This document shows positions 1 through 17,459 of a stretch of 64,000 nucleotides of DNA, piece by piece. The notes below the pieces were generated by a model. It worked only from the letters and a program-made list of their open reading frames with translations. It ran no database searches and had not been told where the DNA came from. Numbering within the stretch: position 1 is the first letter of the stretch; each line of letters starts with the position of its first letter. Made by a program: the position numbers and the translations under genes. The stretch comes from the human T2T-CHM13v2.0 reference genome, Homo sapiens. The stretch lies in assembly GCF_009914755.1 (NCBI RefSeq), contig NC_060938.1; one strand, 5' to 3'.

Positions 1-3000
1 CCCAAAATCTCCTTAAGCTGATAAACAACTTCAGCAAAGTCTCAGGATACAAAATCAATATGCAAAAATTACAAGCACTCCTATACACCAATAATAGACA
101 AACAGAGAGCCAAATCATGAGTGAACTCCCATTCACAATTGCTACAAAGAGTAAAATATCTAGGAATCCAACTTACAAGGGATGTGAAGGACCTCTTCAA
201 GGAGAGCTACAAACCACTGCTCAAGGAAATGAGAGAGGACACAAACAAATGGAAAAACATTCCATGCTCATGGATAGGAAGAATCAACATCATGAAAATG
301 GCCATACTGCTTAAAGTAATTTATAAATTTAATGCTTTTCCCATCAAGCTATCATTGACTTTCTTCACAGAACTAGAAAAAACTACTTTAAATGTCATAT
401 GGAACCAAAAAAAAGAGCCTGCATAGCCAAGACAATCCTAAGCAAAAAGAACAAAGCTGGAGGTATAATACTACCTGACTTCAAACTATACTATGAGGCT
501 ACAGTAACCAAAACAGCACGGTACTGGTACCAGAATAGAGATATAGACCAATGGAACAGAACAGAGGCCTCAGAAATAACACCACACATCTACAACAATC
601 TGATCTTTGACAAACTGACAAAAACAAGCAATGGGGAAACATTCCCTATTTAATAAATGGTGGTAGGAAAAATGGTGAGCCTTAAGCAGAAAACAGAAAC
701 TGTACCCCTTTCTTCACCTTATACAAAAATTAACTCCAGCTGGATTAAAGACTTAAACATAAAATCTAAGCCATAAAAACCCTAGAAAAAAAACCTAGGC
801 AATACCATTCAGGACATAGGCATGGGCAAAGATTTCATATCTAAAACACTGAAAGCAATGGCAACAAAACCCAAAATTGACAAACGGGATCTAATTAAAC
901 TAAAGAGCTTCTGCACAGCAAAAGAAACTATCATAAGAGTGAACAGGCAACCTACAGAATGGGAGAAAATTTTTCCAGTCTACCCATCTGACAAAGGGCT
1001 AATATCCAGAATCTACAAAGAACTTAAACAAATTTACAAGAAAAAAACAACCCCGTCAAAAAGTGGGCAAAGGATATGAACAGACACTTCTCAAAGGAAG
1101 ACATTTATGCAGCCAACAAACATATGAAAAAAAAGCCCATCATCACTGGTCATTAGAGAAATGCAAATCAAAACCACAATGAGATACCGTTTCATGCCAG
1201 TTAGAATGGTGGTCATTAAAAAGTCTAGAAACAACAGATGCTGGTGAGGATGTGGAGAAACAGGAATGCTTTTACACTGTATGTGGGGGTATCGGGGAAC
1301 CTGCCCTGATATTCACGTAGGTTCTTTTCTATTTTCCCTAAGCGTTGGCCGGCTTGAGAAATAAAGGGACAGAGTACAAAAGAGAGAAATTTTAAAGCTG
1401 GGCATCCGGGGGAGACATCACATGTCAGTAGGTTCCATGATGCCCCACAAGCCGCAAAAACCAGCAAGTTTTTATTAGGGATTTTCAAAAGGGTAGGGAG
1501 TGTGTGAATAGGTGTGGGTCACAGACATCAAGTACTTTACAAGGTAATCGAGTATCACAAGGCAAGTGGAGGCAGGGTGAGATCACAGGACCATAGGACC
1601 AGAGGTCCAGGGCGAAATTAAAATTGCTAATGAAGTTTCAGGCACCATTGTCATTGATAACATCTTAGCAGGAGACAGGGTTTTGAGAGCAACCAGTCTG
1701 ACCAAAAATTTATTAGGCAGGAATTTTCTCTTCCTAATAAGGCTGGGAGTGCTATGAGAGACTGGGGTCTATTTCACCCCTACAGTCTACAGACCCATAG
1801 GAGACGGCCACACCTAGGGGGGCTGTTTATAGGCCTATACCCCCAGGCGTGTATTCTCTTTCCCAGGGATTTTCCTTGCTGAGAAAAAGAATTCAGCAAT
1901 ATTTCTCCCATTTGCTTTTGAAAGAAGAGAAATATGGCTCTGTTCCACCCTGCTCACCAGCAGTCAGAGTTTAAGGTTATCTCTCTTATTCCCTGAACAA
2001 TCGCTGTTATCCTGTTCTTTTTTCAAGGTGCTCAGATTTCATATATGTTCAAACACACATGCTCTACAATTTGTGCAGTTAATGCAATTATCACATGGTC
2101 CTGAGGTGACATACATCTACCTCAGCTGACAGGATTAAGAGATTAAAGTAAAGACAGGCATAGGAAATCACAAGGGTATTGATTGGGGAACTGATAAGTA
2201 TCCATGAAATCTTCACAATTTATGTTTAGAGATTGCAGTAAAGACAGGCATAAGAAATTATAAAAGTATTAATTTGGGGAACTAATAAATGTCCATGAAA
2301 TCTTCACAATCCATGTTCTTCTGCCATGGCTTCAGTTGGTCCCTCCGTTTGGGGGTCCTTGACTTCCCGCAACAGGGGGGTGTAAATTAGTTCAACAATT
2401 GTGGAAGACAGTGTGGTGATTCCTCAAGGATCTAGAACCAGAAATACCATTTGACCCAGGTATCCCTTTACTGAGTATATACCCAAAAGATTATACATCA
2501 TTCTACTATAAAGACACATGCACATGTATGTTTATTGCAGCACTATTTACAATAGCAAAGACTTGGAACCAACCCAAATGTCCATCAATGATAGACTGGA
2601 TAAAGAAAATGTGGCACATATACACCATGGAATACTATGGAGCCATAAAAAAGAATGAGTTCATGTCCTTTGCAGAGACGTGGAAGAAGCTGGAAATCAT
2701 CATCCTCAGCAAACTAACACAGGAACAGAAAACCAAACACCACATGTTCTCACTCATAAGTGGGAACTGAATAATGAGAACACATGGACACAGGGAGGGG
2801 AATATCACACACCAGGGCCTGTTGGGGGTTGGGGGAAAAGGGGAGGGAGAGCATTAGGACAAATACCTAATGCATGCAAGGCTTAAAACCTAGATGATGG
2901 GTTGATAGGTGCAGCAAACCACCATGGCACATGTACACCTATGTAACAAATCTTCACGTTCAGCACATGTATCCCAGAACTTAAGGTACAATAAAATCAA

Positions 3001-3012
3001 TAAATAAAAAAT
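1..3012 (+). mobile_element. LINE-1 (L1PA8-like), 3' part of ORF2 plus 3' UTR and A-rich tail; 5' end outside window; interrupted by MER11 LTR
   Basis: Frameshifted ORF2 peptides ([51 protein letters not shown]); 3' UTR with G-rich tract (2824-2848) and GCATGC..GGCTTAAAACCTAGATG motif; A-rich tail at ~2990-3012. Confidence 0.93.
1290..2374 (-). mobile_element. MER11-family solo LTR (HERV-K11/ERV2)
   Basis: Minus strand starts TGTTGCGGGAAGTCAAGGACCCCCAAACGGAGGGACC and ends GGTTCCCCGATA; 1085 bp; flanked by TGGGGG/GGGGGG target duplication; L1 sequence resumes on both sides. Confidence 0.88.
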
Positions 3013-4138
3013 AATATGATACAGGATATCAAAGATGAAATGGTTAATTTAACAAAGAACCAAATTGACCTGACAGAGCTGAAAAAATACTATAAAAATT
3101 CCATACTACAATTGCAAGATTAAGAGCAGAATAGACCAAGCTGAAAACAGAATCTCCTCAGAGCTCAAAAACTTTTCTCCAAAATAACTCAGTCAATCAA
3201 AAATAAGGAAAAAAAATTTAAAAAGAATGACAGAAATCTCTGTGAAATATGGGATTATGTAAAGAGACCAAATCTATGACTCATTGTGTCTCCTAAAAAG
3301 AGAGAAAATAAATAAATTGGAAAACACATTTGAGGATATCATCCATAAAAATGTCCTCAGCCTCACTAGAGAGGCCAAAATTCAAATCCAGAAAATGCAG
3401 AGAATGCCTGAGAGAAACTATACAAGACAACCATCACTAAAAAACTAGTCACAAGATCCTCCAAAGTCAAAATGAAAGAAAAATGTTAAAGGCAGCTAGA
3501 GAGAAAGGGCAGGTTAAATAGAAAAGAAACCCCATGAGCCTCCCTTTGGTCACCTACAAAGGGAACAGTGGACTTTTCAGCAGAAACCTTAAAAGCCAGA
3601 AAAGATTGGAAGCCTATATTCAACATTCTTAAAGAAAAAAAACCCCAATCAAGAATTTCATATCAAGCCAAACTAAGCCTCATAAGCAAAGGAGAAATAA
3701 GATCCTTTTCAGACAAGCAAATGCTAAGGGAATTTGTTACTAGCAGACCTGCTTTACAACAGGCCCTTAAGGGAGTGCTAAACATAGAAACGAAAGACCA
3801 TTATTGACCACCACAAAAACACACTTAAGTACATAGACCATTGACACTACAAAGCAACCACACAATCAAGACTGCATTATAGCCAGCCAACAACACATGT
3901 AACACAACAAGATCAAATCAAGTCCACACATATCAATGTTAACCTCAAATGTAAATGGGCTAAATGCCCAAATTAAAAAGCACAGAGTGGCAAGTTGGAC
4001 AAAGAAGCAAGACCCAACTGCATGCTGTCCTCAAGATACCCATTTCACATGCAATGACACCTATGGGCTCAAAGTAAAGGGATGGAGAAAAATCTATCAA
4101 ACATATGGAAAACAACAAAAAAGCAGAGCTTGCTATTC

Positions 4139-4448
4139 TTTTTTGTTGTTGTTGTTGTTGTTTTGAGACAGAGTCTCAGTCTCTCACCAAGGCTGGAGTT
4201 CAGTGGCGCAAACACAACTTACTGCAACCTCAATCTCCAGGGCTCATGTGATCCTCCCACCTCAGCCCCATGAGCAGCTGAGACCAGATGTGCACACCAC
4301 CAGGGCTCAGCTAATTTTTTTTATTTTTTGTAGAGATGACGTCTCCCTATGCTGCCGAGGCTGGTATCAAAATCCTGGGCTCAAGCAATCCTCCCACCTC
4401 AGCCTCTCAAAATGCTGGCTTTACAGGCATGAACCACCATGCCCAGCC
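4139..4448 (-). mobile_element. Alu (AluJ-like) with (GTT)n-converted tail
   Basis: Reverse-orientation dimeric Alu with J-type motifs (TCCTGGGCTCAAGCAATCCTCCCACCTCAGCC). Confidence 0.92.
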
Positions 4449-5174
4449 TAGGGATTGATAATCTGATCTCATACAAAACAGACTTTAAACCAACAACAAT
4501 GAAAAAACACAAAGAAAAGCATTAAATAATGGTAAAATGTTCAATCAAACAAGAAGACTTAACTATCTTAAATATCTATGCACCCAAAACAAGACCACCC
4601 AGATTCATAAAATAAGTTCTTAGGGACCTATGAAGAGACTTAGATGACTACACAATAATAGCAGGAGAATGCAACACACCACTGACAGTATTAGACAGAT
4701 CTTCAAGGTGGAGAACTAAAAAGATATTCAGGATCCGAATATCAACACTTAACCAAATGGGCCTAAGAGACATCTACAGAACCCTCTACACAAAAACAAC
4801 AGAAGATACATTCTTCTCATCTTCCTATAGCCCATACTCTAAACCATACAATCAGCCATGAAAGAATCTTAAGCAAATTCAAAACAACTCAAAATCATAC
4901 AAACCACACTCTAAGACCACAGCACAATGAAAACAGAAGTCAGTAATAAGAAGATATCACTCAAGACCATATAATTACCTGAAAATTAAACAACCTACAC
5001 CTGAATGACTTCTGGGTAAACAATGAAATTAAGGCAGAAATCAAGAAATTCATTGAAACTAATGAGAACAAAGATAAAACATACCAGAATCTCTGAGACA
5101 GAGCTAAAGTAATGTTAAGAGAGAAATGTACAGTGCTAAATGTCCACATCACAAAATTAAAAAGATCTCAAGTA

Positions 5175-8726
<3,552 letters not shown>

Positions 8727-8857
8727 TAAAAAGATCGCAAGTAAACAACTTAACACCAAACCTTAAGGAACTAGAAAAACAAGAGAAAGCCAACCCCAAA
8801 GGTGGCAGAAGACAAGTAACAACCAATATCAGAGCTGAACTTAAGGAAATTGAAACA

Positions 8858-8858
<1 letters not shown>

Positions 8859-8892
<34 letters not shown>
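8859..8892. repeat. (AC)17 microsatellite
   Basis: Perfect AC dinucleotide run inside old L1 ORF2. Confidence 0.97.
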
Positions 8893-8896
<4 letters not shown>

Positions 8897-11298
8897 CCAC
8901 AAAAAATCAACAAACCAGACATCAGATCTTTAAAAGAATAAATAAGATAGACAGCTAGCTAGATTAATAAAAAATGAATACCCAAATAAACACAATTAGA
9001 AATAACAAAGGAGACATTACCACCAACCACATGGAAATACAATAAACCATCAGAGACTATTATGAACACTTCTATACATCTACAAGAAATGGGTAGTTCC
9101 TGGAAATATACAACCTTCCAAGACTGAAGCAGGAGGAAATTTAAACCTTGAACAGACCAATAACAAGTTCCCAGATCAAATCAGTAATAAAAAGCCTACC
9201 AACTGGAAAAAGCCCAGGACCAGACAAACTCACAGCTGGATTCTACCAGACATACACAGAAGATCTGGTACCATTCCAACTGAAACTGTTCCAAAAAATT
9301 GAGGAGGAGGGACTCCTGCCTAACTCATTCTATGAGGCCAGTATTATCCTGATACCAAAACCTGGCAAAGACACAACAAAAAAAGAAAATTTCAGGCCAA
9401 TATATCAGTCTCTCACCAAGGTGAGATGATCAAAGATGCAAAAATCCTCCACAAAATACTGGGTAATTAATACAGCAACACATCAAAAACCTAATTCACC
9501 ATGATCAAGTAGGCTTTATCTCTGGGATGCAAGGTTGGCTTAACATATGTAAATCAATAAATGTGATTCATCACATAAACAGAACTAAAAACAAAAAACA
9601 CATAATCATCTCAATAGATGCAGAAAAGGCTTTCAATAAAATTCAATATCCCTTCATGTTGAAAACCCTCAACAAACTAGGCACTGAAGGAATATGCTTC
9701 AAAATAATAAGGGCCATCTATCACAAACCACAGCCAACATCATATTGAACAGGCAAAAGATAGAAGGTTTCCCCATAAGAACTGGAACAAGACAAGGATG
9801 TTCATTCTCACCACTCCTATTCAACATAGTACTGGAAGTCCTAGCAGAGAAATCAGGCAAGAGAAAGTAATAAAGGGCATCCAAATAGGAAGAGAGGAAG
9901 TTAAACTATCTCTGCAGACATATGATTTTGTACCTAGAAAACCCTACAGTCTCTGCCCAAAAGTTCTAAGATCTGATAAATAACTATAGCAAACTTTCAG
10001 GATACAAAATCAACGTACAAAAATCAGTGGCATTTCTATACACCAATACCATCTAAGCTGCATGTCAAATCAAGAACACAATCCCATTCACAATAACCAC
10101 AAAAAAATTAAATACATAGTAATACCGCTAACCAGAGAGGTGAACAATATCTACAATGAGATTTGCAAAACACTGCAGAAAGAAATCAGAGATGACACAA
10201 AAGGAAAAACATTACATGCTCATAGATGGGAAGAATCAATATTATTAAAATGACCATACTGTCCTAAGCAATTTACAAATTCGATGCTATTCCTATCAAA
10301 CTACCAATGACATTCTTCACAGAGTTAGAAAAAAACTATTTTAAAATTCATATGGAACCAAAAAGAGCCTAAATAGCCAAGGCAATCCTAAGCAAAAAGA
10401 GTAAAGCTGAAAGCATCACATTACCTGACTTTAAACTATGCTTCAAGGCTACAATTACCAAAAGAGCATAGTACTGGTACAAAAACAGACACATAGACCA
10501 ATGGAACAGAATAGAGAGCCCAGAAATTAAGCCACACACTTCTAGCCAACTGATCTTCAACAAAGTTGAAAAAAACAAGCAATGGAGAAAGGACTACCTA
10601 CTCAATAAACGGTGCTGGGAAAACTGGCTAGCCATATGCAGAAGATTAAAACTAGACCCCTTCCTTACACCATATACAAAAATCAACTCAAAATGGATTA
10701 AAGAATGTAAAAAGCTAAAACTATAAAACTCTGGAAAATAACCTAGAAAATATCATCCTGAATATAGGCCCTGCCGAAGATTTCATGACAAAGATGCCAA
10801 AAGCAATCTCAACAAAAACAAAAATTGACAAATGGGACCTAATTAAACTAAAGAGCTTCTGCACAGCAAAAGAGACTATCAACAAAGTAAATAGACAACC
10901 CACAGAATGGGAGAAAATATTTGCAAACTATGCATCCAACAAAGGTCTAATATCCCAAACCCATAAGGAGCTTAAACAAATTAACAAGCAAAAAAGAAAC
11001 GACCCCATTAAAAAGTGGGCAAAGGATATGAACAGACTCTCTTCAAAAGTAGACACATAGACAGCTAGTAAGCATATAAAAAATGTTCAACATCACTAAT
11101 TATAGCAATACAATCAAAACCACAATTAGATAGCATCTCGCACCAGTCAGAATGGCTATTATTAAAAAGCCAAAAAAGTGGCAATTTCTCAAAGAACTAC
11201 CATTTCACCCAGCAATTCCATTATTGAGTATACACCCAAAGGAATATAAATTACTCTGCCATAAAGACACATGCACCTGTATATTCATTGCAGCACTA

Positions 11299-11717
<419 letters not shown>

Positions 11718-12089
11718 TTTAATGAGATCATGTTTTTTGCACCAGCATGGATGGAGCCAGAGGCCATTATCCTAAGTGAACTAACACAGGAGCAGAAAAC
11801 TAAACACCACATGTTCTCACAAGTGGGAGCTAAACATTGTGTACATATGGACAGAAAGAAGGAAACATTAGACACTAGGGCCTACTTAACGGCGGAGGGT
11901 GGAGGGAGGGTAAGGACCCAAAAACTACCTGTCTGGTACTATGCTCATTACCTGGGTGATGAAATAATCTGTACACCAAACTCCCAAAACAAGCAATTTA
12001 TCTAGCTAACAAACCTGCACATGTAACCTGAAACTAAAAGTTTAAAAATAAATATAAATTTAAAATAAAATAAAATAATCAGGGAAAAA

Positions 12090-12461
12090 AAGAGTGAGGT
12101 TATTCTGGTTTATCTGGGTAGGCCCAATATAACCACAGTAGTACTTAAATTCAGAAGAAGGAGGTAGGAGAGTCCATGTCAAGGTGATAGAGTGAAAGAA
12201 AGACTCCATCAGCTACTGGTTTGGAAGATGGAAGTGGGACATGAGCCATGGAATGCTGGCAGGCTCTAGAAGCTGGAAAAGGGAAGAAAATAGATTTTCC
12301 CCTAAAGCCTCCAGAAGATCACAGCTCCGTTGACACCCTGATTTTTAGCAAGGCCCATTTTGGACTTCTAACCTCCAGAACTGTAAGATTAATAAATGTG
12401 TATTGTTTTAAGCTACAAAATGTGTGGTTATCTGTTGTAGCAGTGATAGGAAGCAATTGCA
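12090..12461 (+). mobile_element. MLT1 (MLT1C/D-like) ERVL-MaLR LTR, 3' portion
   Basis: CTAGAAGCTGGAAAAGG..GACTTCTAACCTCCAGAACTGTAAGATTAATAAATGTGTATTGTTTTAAGC motifs typical of MLT1. Confidence 0.82.
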
Positions 12462-13842
12462 CTATTATTTTAGGGGTACTATAAGGATTAAATGAGTTAG
12501 TATCTGTAAGAGTGTTCTTGGCATATGCCAGCCTCATCTGAGCATCATCTATCTCCCTATATGGGGAGAATATCCGAGGGTTGAATGTCCTTGGCTGCCC
12601 AGTGCACTTGAGATAGCACTACTTCAATATATAATTTCATAAATTATGATAAATATACTCAAATGTAATTATGTAAATACAAGACTTCAAGACACAATTT
12701 TAGACCATGTAGTTTAAGACATAGACAATATTATAAGGCATTTTCTTCTAAGTCCCAATGTCATTTCTCTCTCACCAAAATGCTGTGTCTGGATAGAAGA
12801 CAATTGAATTGACTCTGAAGATCGGAGTCTTATAATTGTAGATGCCAGTTTTGAAACTATGAATTGCTACACAATTTCTTACCTCCTCCTTTCCATCACC
12901 TAAAAAGGACAGATTTTTATATTCACTATTGAGCATTTCTGTCCTTAATAAATAGCCTGATCCAATGCAAAGGCAATGATTAATATTTTCACTAATTAGG
13001 GAAGAGCACATTCATTATCAACTGTAATCATTTGTTGGCTTAAACTGGAGTCTCCTTTGTTTAATAAACTCATCACTGCCATTTATTAAAATACAATGCA
13101 TAGCCAGGAACACCCTTCTGCCATGCATCACCTGGCTATGTCCCACTGGAGATTTAAACTCTGTGAGGCACCCCCTGAATGGCAAAGTTCTCCCACACAT
13201 GGGAGAGTGCTCTTCCTTTTTATTTCTGTTGTTACCTGTACTGATCTCTCTCATAGACTTACCCAGGAATGCTGATGTGATTACTGGCTTTCTCTATAGC
13301 CTCTCCCACCAGGCTGTGAGCCCCCTTGAGTACAGGCATTATGTTTATACCTAACTGGAAGAGAGTATGTTGAACTTATCAAATCCAAATTTGATTAGTT
13401 CCTGAATTTTCCTAATGTCACTTTAAAAAATAACTGTTTCCAAAAGGGAGAAAATTCTGGTCCTAAAGGAGGCATCAGAAATTGGGGGTATGCCCTCTGA
13501 ATGTCTGTTTTACACTCATGGCTTTGAGTCTGAGATCAGGGTGGTAGCCTGAGCTCATTGTACCTTGTAAGAAGCCCAAGGCCAAATCCACAAAGAGAAC
13601 CAACTGCAGGTCTCAAAGAATTACAAAATTCAAAAACTGAATTAATTTCCTTTAGCAAGTTTTCTATAAGGGGCTGAAATCTTTGCTGAAAATTTGAGAG
13701 AGTTTCTAAAAAACCTTCAATCCTCTCATCTGGCAAGAGAGTCTTGGGTTTTTGTCTAACCTCAGGAAACACAACTTCAGTGCATGCTGCAAACAAATCG
13801 CACCCTCAGACAGGTGACCTTGGCAACCTGGAGTGAAGAGTT

Positions 13843-14138
13843 ATGCTGTTCAGGACAGCAGTCACCAGCCACATGTGGCTGTTGAACCCTAGAAGTACTC
13901 TAAGTGAAAAATATACACCCAATTTCGAAGGCAATACAAAGACTGCAGAATATTTCATTAATAATTTTTATATTGATTGGATGTTGAAATAACATTTTTA
14001 TGTGTTGGATTAAATAAAATATGTTATTAAAATTAAATTAACCTGTTTCTTTTACTTCTTTTTTACATGTGGCTATATGAACCTGACATGTGTAAAATTA
14101 CACCTGTGATTTATGCTATGTTTCTGTAAAACAACTTC
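13843..14138. mobile_element. MER33-like hAT-Charlie DNA transposon
   Basis: AGCCACATGTGGCT core and TAAATAAAATATGTTATTAAAATTAA..ACCTGTTTCTTTTAC body. Confidence 0.75.
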
Positions 14139-14147
14139 TAACTATAA

Positions 14148-14302
14148 GGTAGGCACAGAGAGGTTACATAACTGGGCAAAGCCTCACAGTGAGTTTTGAA
14201 CCCAGGTAGTGAGACCCCAAGGGCCACACCCTTAGCCACTGGCCTATATGATTAAAAAGCACTTAGCACAGTGGCTGGCACATGGTAAATATTTATGTTA
14301 GC
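14148..14302. mobile_element. MIR fragments
   Basis: AGGCACAGAGAGGTT..TTTGAACCCAGG (minus) followed by GCACTTAGCACAGTGGCTGGCACATGGTAA (plus). Confidence 0.65.
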
Positions 14303-15525
14303 AATTTGTAATACAACTTAATTTTGTCTCTCACTCTTTTATTACAATATATTCAGTGGGTTGGGTTCTTCCCATGCTCTTGGTCAAAACCTCAGACATC
14401 CTTATAACTTATCTCATTACCTTTGGGTAATGTAAAGTCCTATAGCCATGTTAAGTGGCAAAAAAAGTCTTGATTCAGAAATTATCAGAAAATCAGGCCA
14501 CATTATATTAGTCAATACTTCTAGTCCTACCATCTCCTACCAATACCCACCTTCCTGTCCCCAACCCGTCTGCCTCCCGCTCCATCCTAACTGTAGCCAT
14601 AAAGAAATCTTTTGAAGTGAAGTGGATTGTCCACTGTGACAATGTTTGGTCTGGGAATGTTGCTCAGAATTTCAACCCTTATCACCAAACTGCTATTTCT
14701 CATTGCTTTTCCATTAGAATATCAGAAGAAAAAATCAAGTGAGCAGTTTTTTATTTGTCCCACAGGTCCTAAACCATTAGCTTTTATTATATGAGGTAAA
14801 ACCCTAAAGAAATATTTTTGTTGCAGTAACATTGGTTAAGAGTTTACTTTCTTTACTGCTGTAAGTTAAGTGAGAATTTTATGCCCTCCTCCACCCCATT
14901 CGTGATTAAACCAATCTTATAAAAACTGGATTGTTCCTGGAATGTTCATGACTTGGCTAAAGGTGTCACTGTCTTCATGAGGTCCATTTCACCAGCAATT
15001 TATCCAAAGGAAGGCTATGTTGATTCCAGTCAGGTTTCAACAATCCACTTAAAACTTTCTAATTTCACTTCTTGGTAATTATTCCCCCAGCATTTCCTGT
15101 AACTGTGCCTTATCTGATTCTTTCACCCCAGAATGTTATTTTTATTGCAGTGTAAAACAGAAAACATTTTGAATTATAATTGGAAGTTCTGACTGGTTTT
15201 CCATTTGATGCTGAATAATTTAATCCTGGCTAATTAGGCATGTGGAACCCTCAATTCACCCTGCAGAAAGGCTCACCCTGACTTCTGACGATGTTTCTGG
15301 AATACAGTTAATTGTCAGAAGTCATGTGTAGTGATAATGAGCACATCTTTGCCTCTTTTGCCCTCAGGAGGGAAACTGGAGATTTCTAAAGTGGTATTTA
15401 GATGAGCTATGGCGCTTTTTCAATGTTCTAAATTATGAAATGGAACATCCTGGAAGCAACTGGACCATCCATTTTACCCAGTTCTCAGTTCAAAGGGAAT
15501 GTGCCTGCCTCGAGACTCTTACTCT

Positions 15526-15573
15526 GGGATTTCCCCGGAAACAGAAAGTTAGCCTCAAGTCACTTTTCACTTT
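15526..15573. promoter_or_regulatory. Candidate inflammatory/interferon-responsive element (overlapping NF-kB, STAT and IRF/ISRE motifs)
   Basis: GGGATTTCCC 15526-15535; TTCCCCGGAA 15531-15540; GAAACAGAAAGT 15538-15549; TCACTTTTCACTTT 15560-15573; motif match only. Confidence 0.35.
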
Positions 15574-16799
15574 TTTTTATTTAAGAAAAACGGGCAACTG
15601 CCTTTGTTCTGCAGCCTTCCAAAACTCGAGTTTATTCTTCTGAAGATTTAAGCAGAGTTACAAGGTGAAGATTTGTGCCTGTGCTAGTTAGCAGCTCCTA
15701 CTTCAGTTGGAGGGCTTAAGCTATAAAAAGACAAAGGAGACCGATAGGACAAGAGTACTTCTGGAATCCTTATAGAAGTGCTTCTCTGACAAATGTAAAT
15801 TTTTGGACTGAAAAATCACATCTATTCTTAAACATATTTTCATCAGAATCTGACAGCCCTGCAAGTGCCTTCTGCCTATATTCGTTTATTAAATGTTGAC
15901 TTCATATAACCAACCATTTTCATCTTTTAGAAAAGTTTCATCTGTTCTAAAAGAAGAAAGCTGTCAACATAATTTTAATTTTTTCTGACACATCTTTTTA
16001 TGTTTTTATATTTGCATTTTTTTTCTTTTTCACATTATTTGGTCTATTATATGAAAGAATCTCCTTTCAAGTACTGATAAGAGAAAATTCAAGAGGACAT
16101 CAAATTCAATTGATTTTATTTTATTGTGTTCTTAAGGATGAAACGTATCCAAGGAATCAGATTTATAGAGCTGAAAGGGAGCTTTAAGATCCTTCCACAT
16201 CTGAGAGCACAAACTGAAAGTCCTGCTCAGAATGCATCCCCCAGAGGGACTTCTGTTTGACTGCTCTGCAAAGGCAGCTCAAGCTTTTTAAAAGATGATA
16301 CCTGTCACAGGACAGGAATCATCCTGTACCACAATTGAGGCAGTTTTGTATCTACCATATTACATCCCTGCAACCTCACCCATTTACCCTAATCACATGC
16401 TTCTTGCACACAGGTGGGTTTGACAAATAGCTTCACTTCTTAGCAAATGGTACCGAAGTCCAAAGAGACTAATAATCTGACCATGATCTATTTCTGGTGG
16501 GTGGCAATACCAAAGGCTAGAACCAGAGACTCTCAACCACCAAGCCATTCTTCTCTCCATTGTGCTATATTCTTCAGCACATTTAAGGGATAAAAGAGTC
16601 ACTGCATCATCACTGTGCATTTCAGCACTGCTTCTCATATTGGGGACCCTGACATCCACTCCTATACACAAAGAAGTTGCCAGATAGTTGACAGTTGAAC
16701 AAAAACTGCAAAATGTAGAGGCTATCAAAGGCCAAAGACTTCCTCATACAAGCTCTAGAGATTGAGGCTCTTTTTCTAAAGCTCTCTCTGGTCTTCAGC

Positions 16800-16995
16800 T
16801 AATAGTTATTATTTACTGAGCCACTAGTACATGCCAGCAGCATGCAAAGCACTGGCACTTAATCATTTCATATTATCTCATTTAATCTTCACTAAGCTAT
16901 GAAGTAGGTCTTGTTTTACACATAAGGAAACTGAGGCTTGGACACCAATAAATCTCCCAGGGTCACACAGCCAGTAAGTGACCACAGCAGAACTT
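16800..16995 (-). mobile_element. MIR
   Basis: TTATCTCATTTAATCTTCAC..TTTTACACATAAGGAAACTGAGGC..GGTCACACAGCCAGTAAGTG. Confidence 0.8.
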
Positions 16996-17459
16996 TATTT
17001 GAAAACAAGCCCACTGTACTACTACTACCAGCAAGTAACTTCTTCTCCATATAGTCAAATCAAGCAAAATGTTATTGAAAATAGCTTTTACCCTATCTTT
17101 GCTTTTTATCCTGGCCTATCCTTGATCAAAAAGAGAAAATATGTTACTAGCCTTCTCCCAAACCTGGAAAATTTTATCATCAAATCAGTTTATGACTTCC
17201 CTAGTAACCCTCAGCAAAGGACTGATGGTACATCCCAAGTGCTTGAACTTGTTGTGATTATAGCCTAAATTCATTACACTGATTCTTATTATGTTTTCAA
17301 TAGAATAGAGTAACTTCACCCACCCACCAAACTATATTATATTCTATTCCATTCTCTTCTTTTACTTTTCTCACAAGTTAAATAACTCCAAATCCTTGCA
17401 GTATTATTCAAAGGGCCTATTTCCAATAGTATAAGCAAATCTACTCATCTTTCCTAAAT

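Noticed and set aside
2140-2310. Internal ~90-bp tandem duplication in the LTR
   Set aside because: As I recall, part of the normal MER11 LTR structure
11165-11200. ~90-bp deletion in the host L1 relative to the paralog at 47290-47400
   Set aside because: Ordinary post-insertion decay
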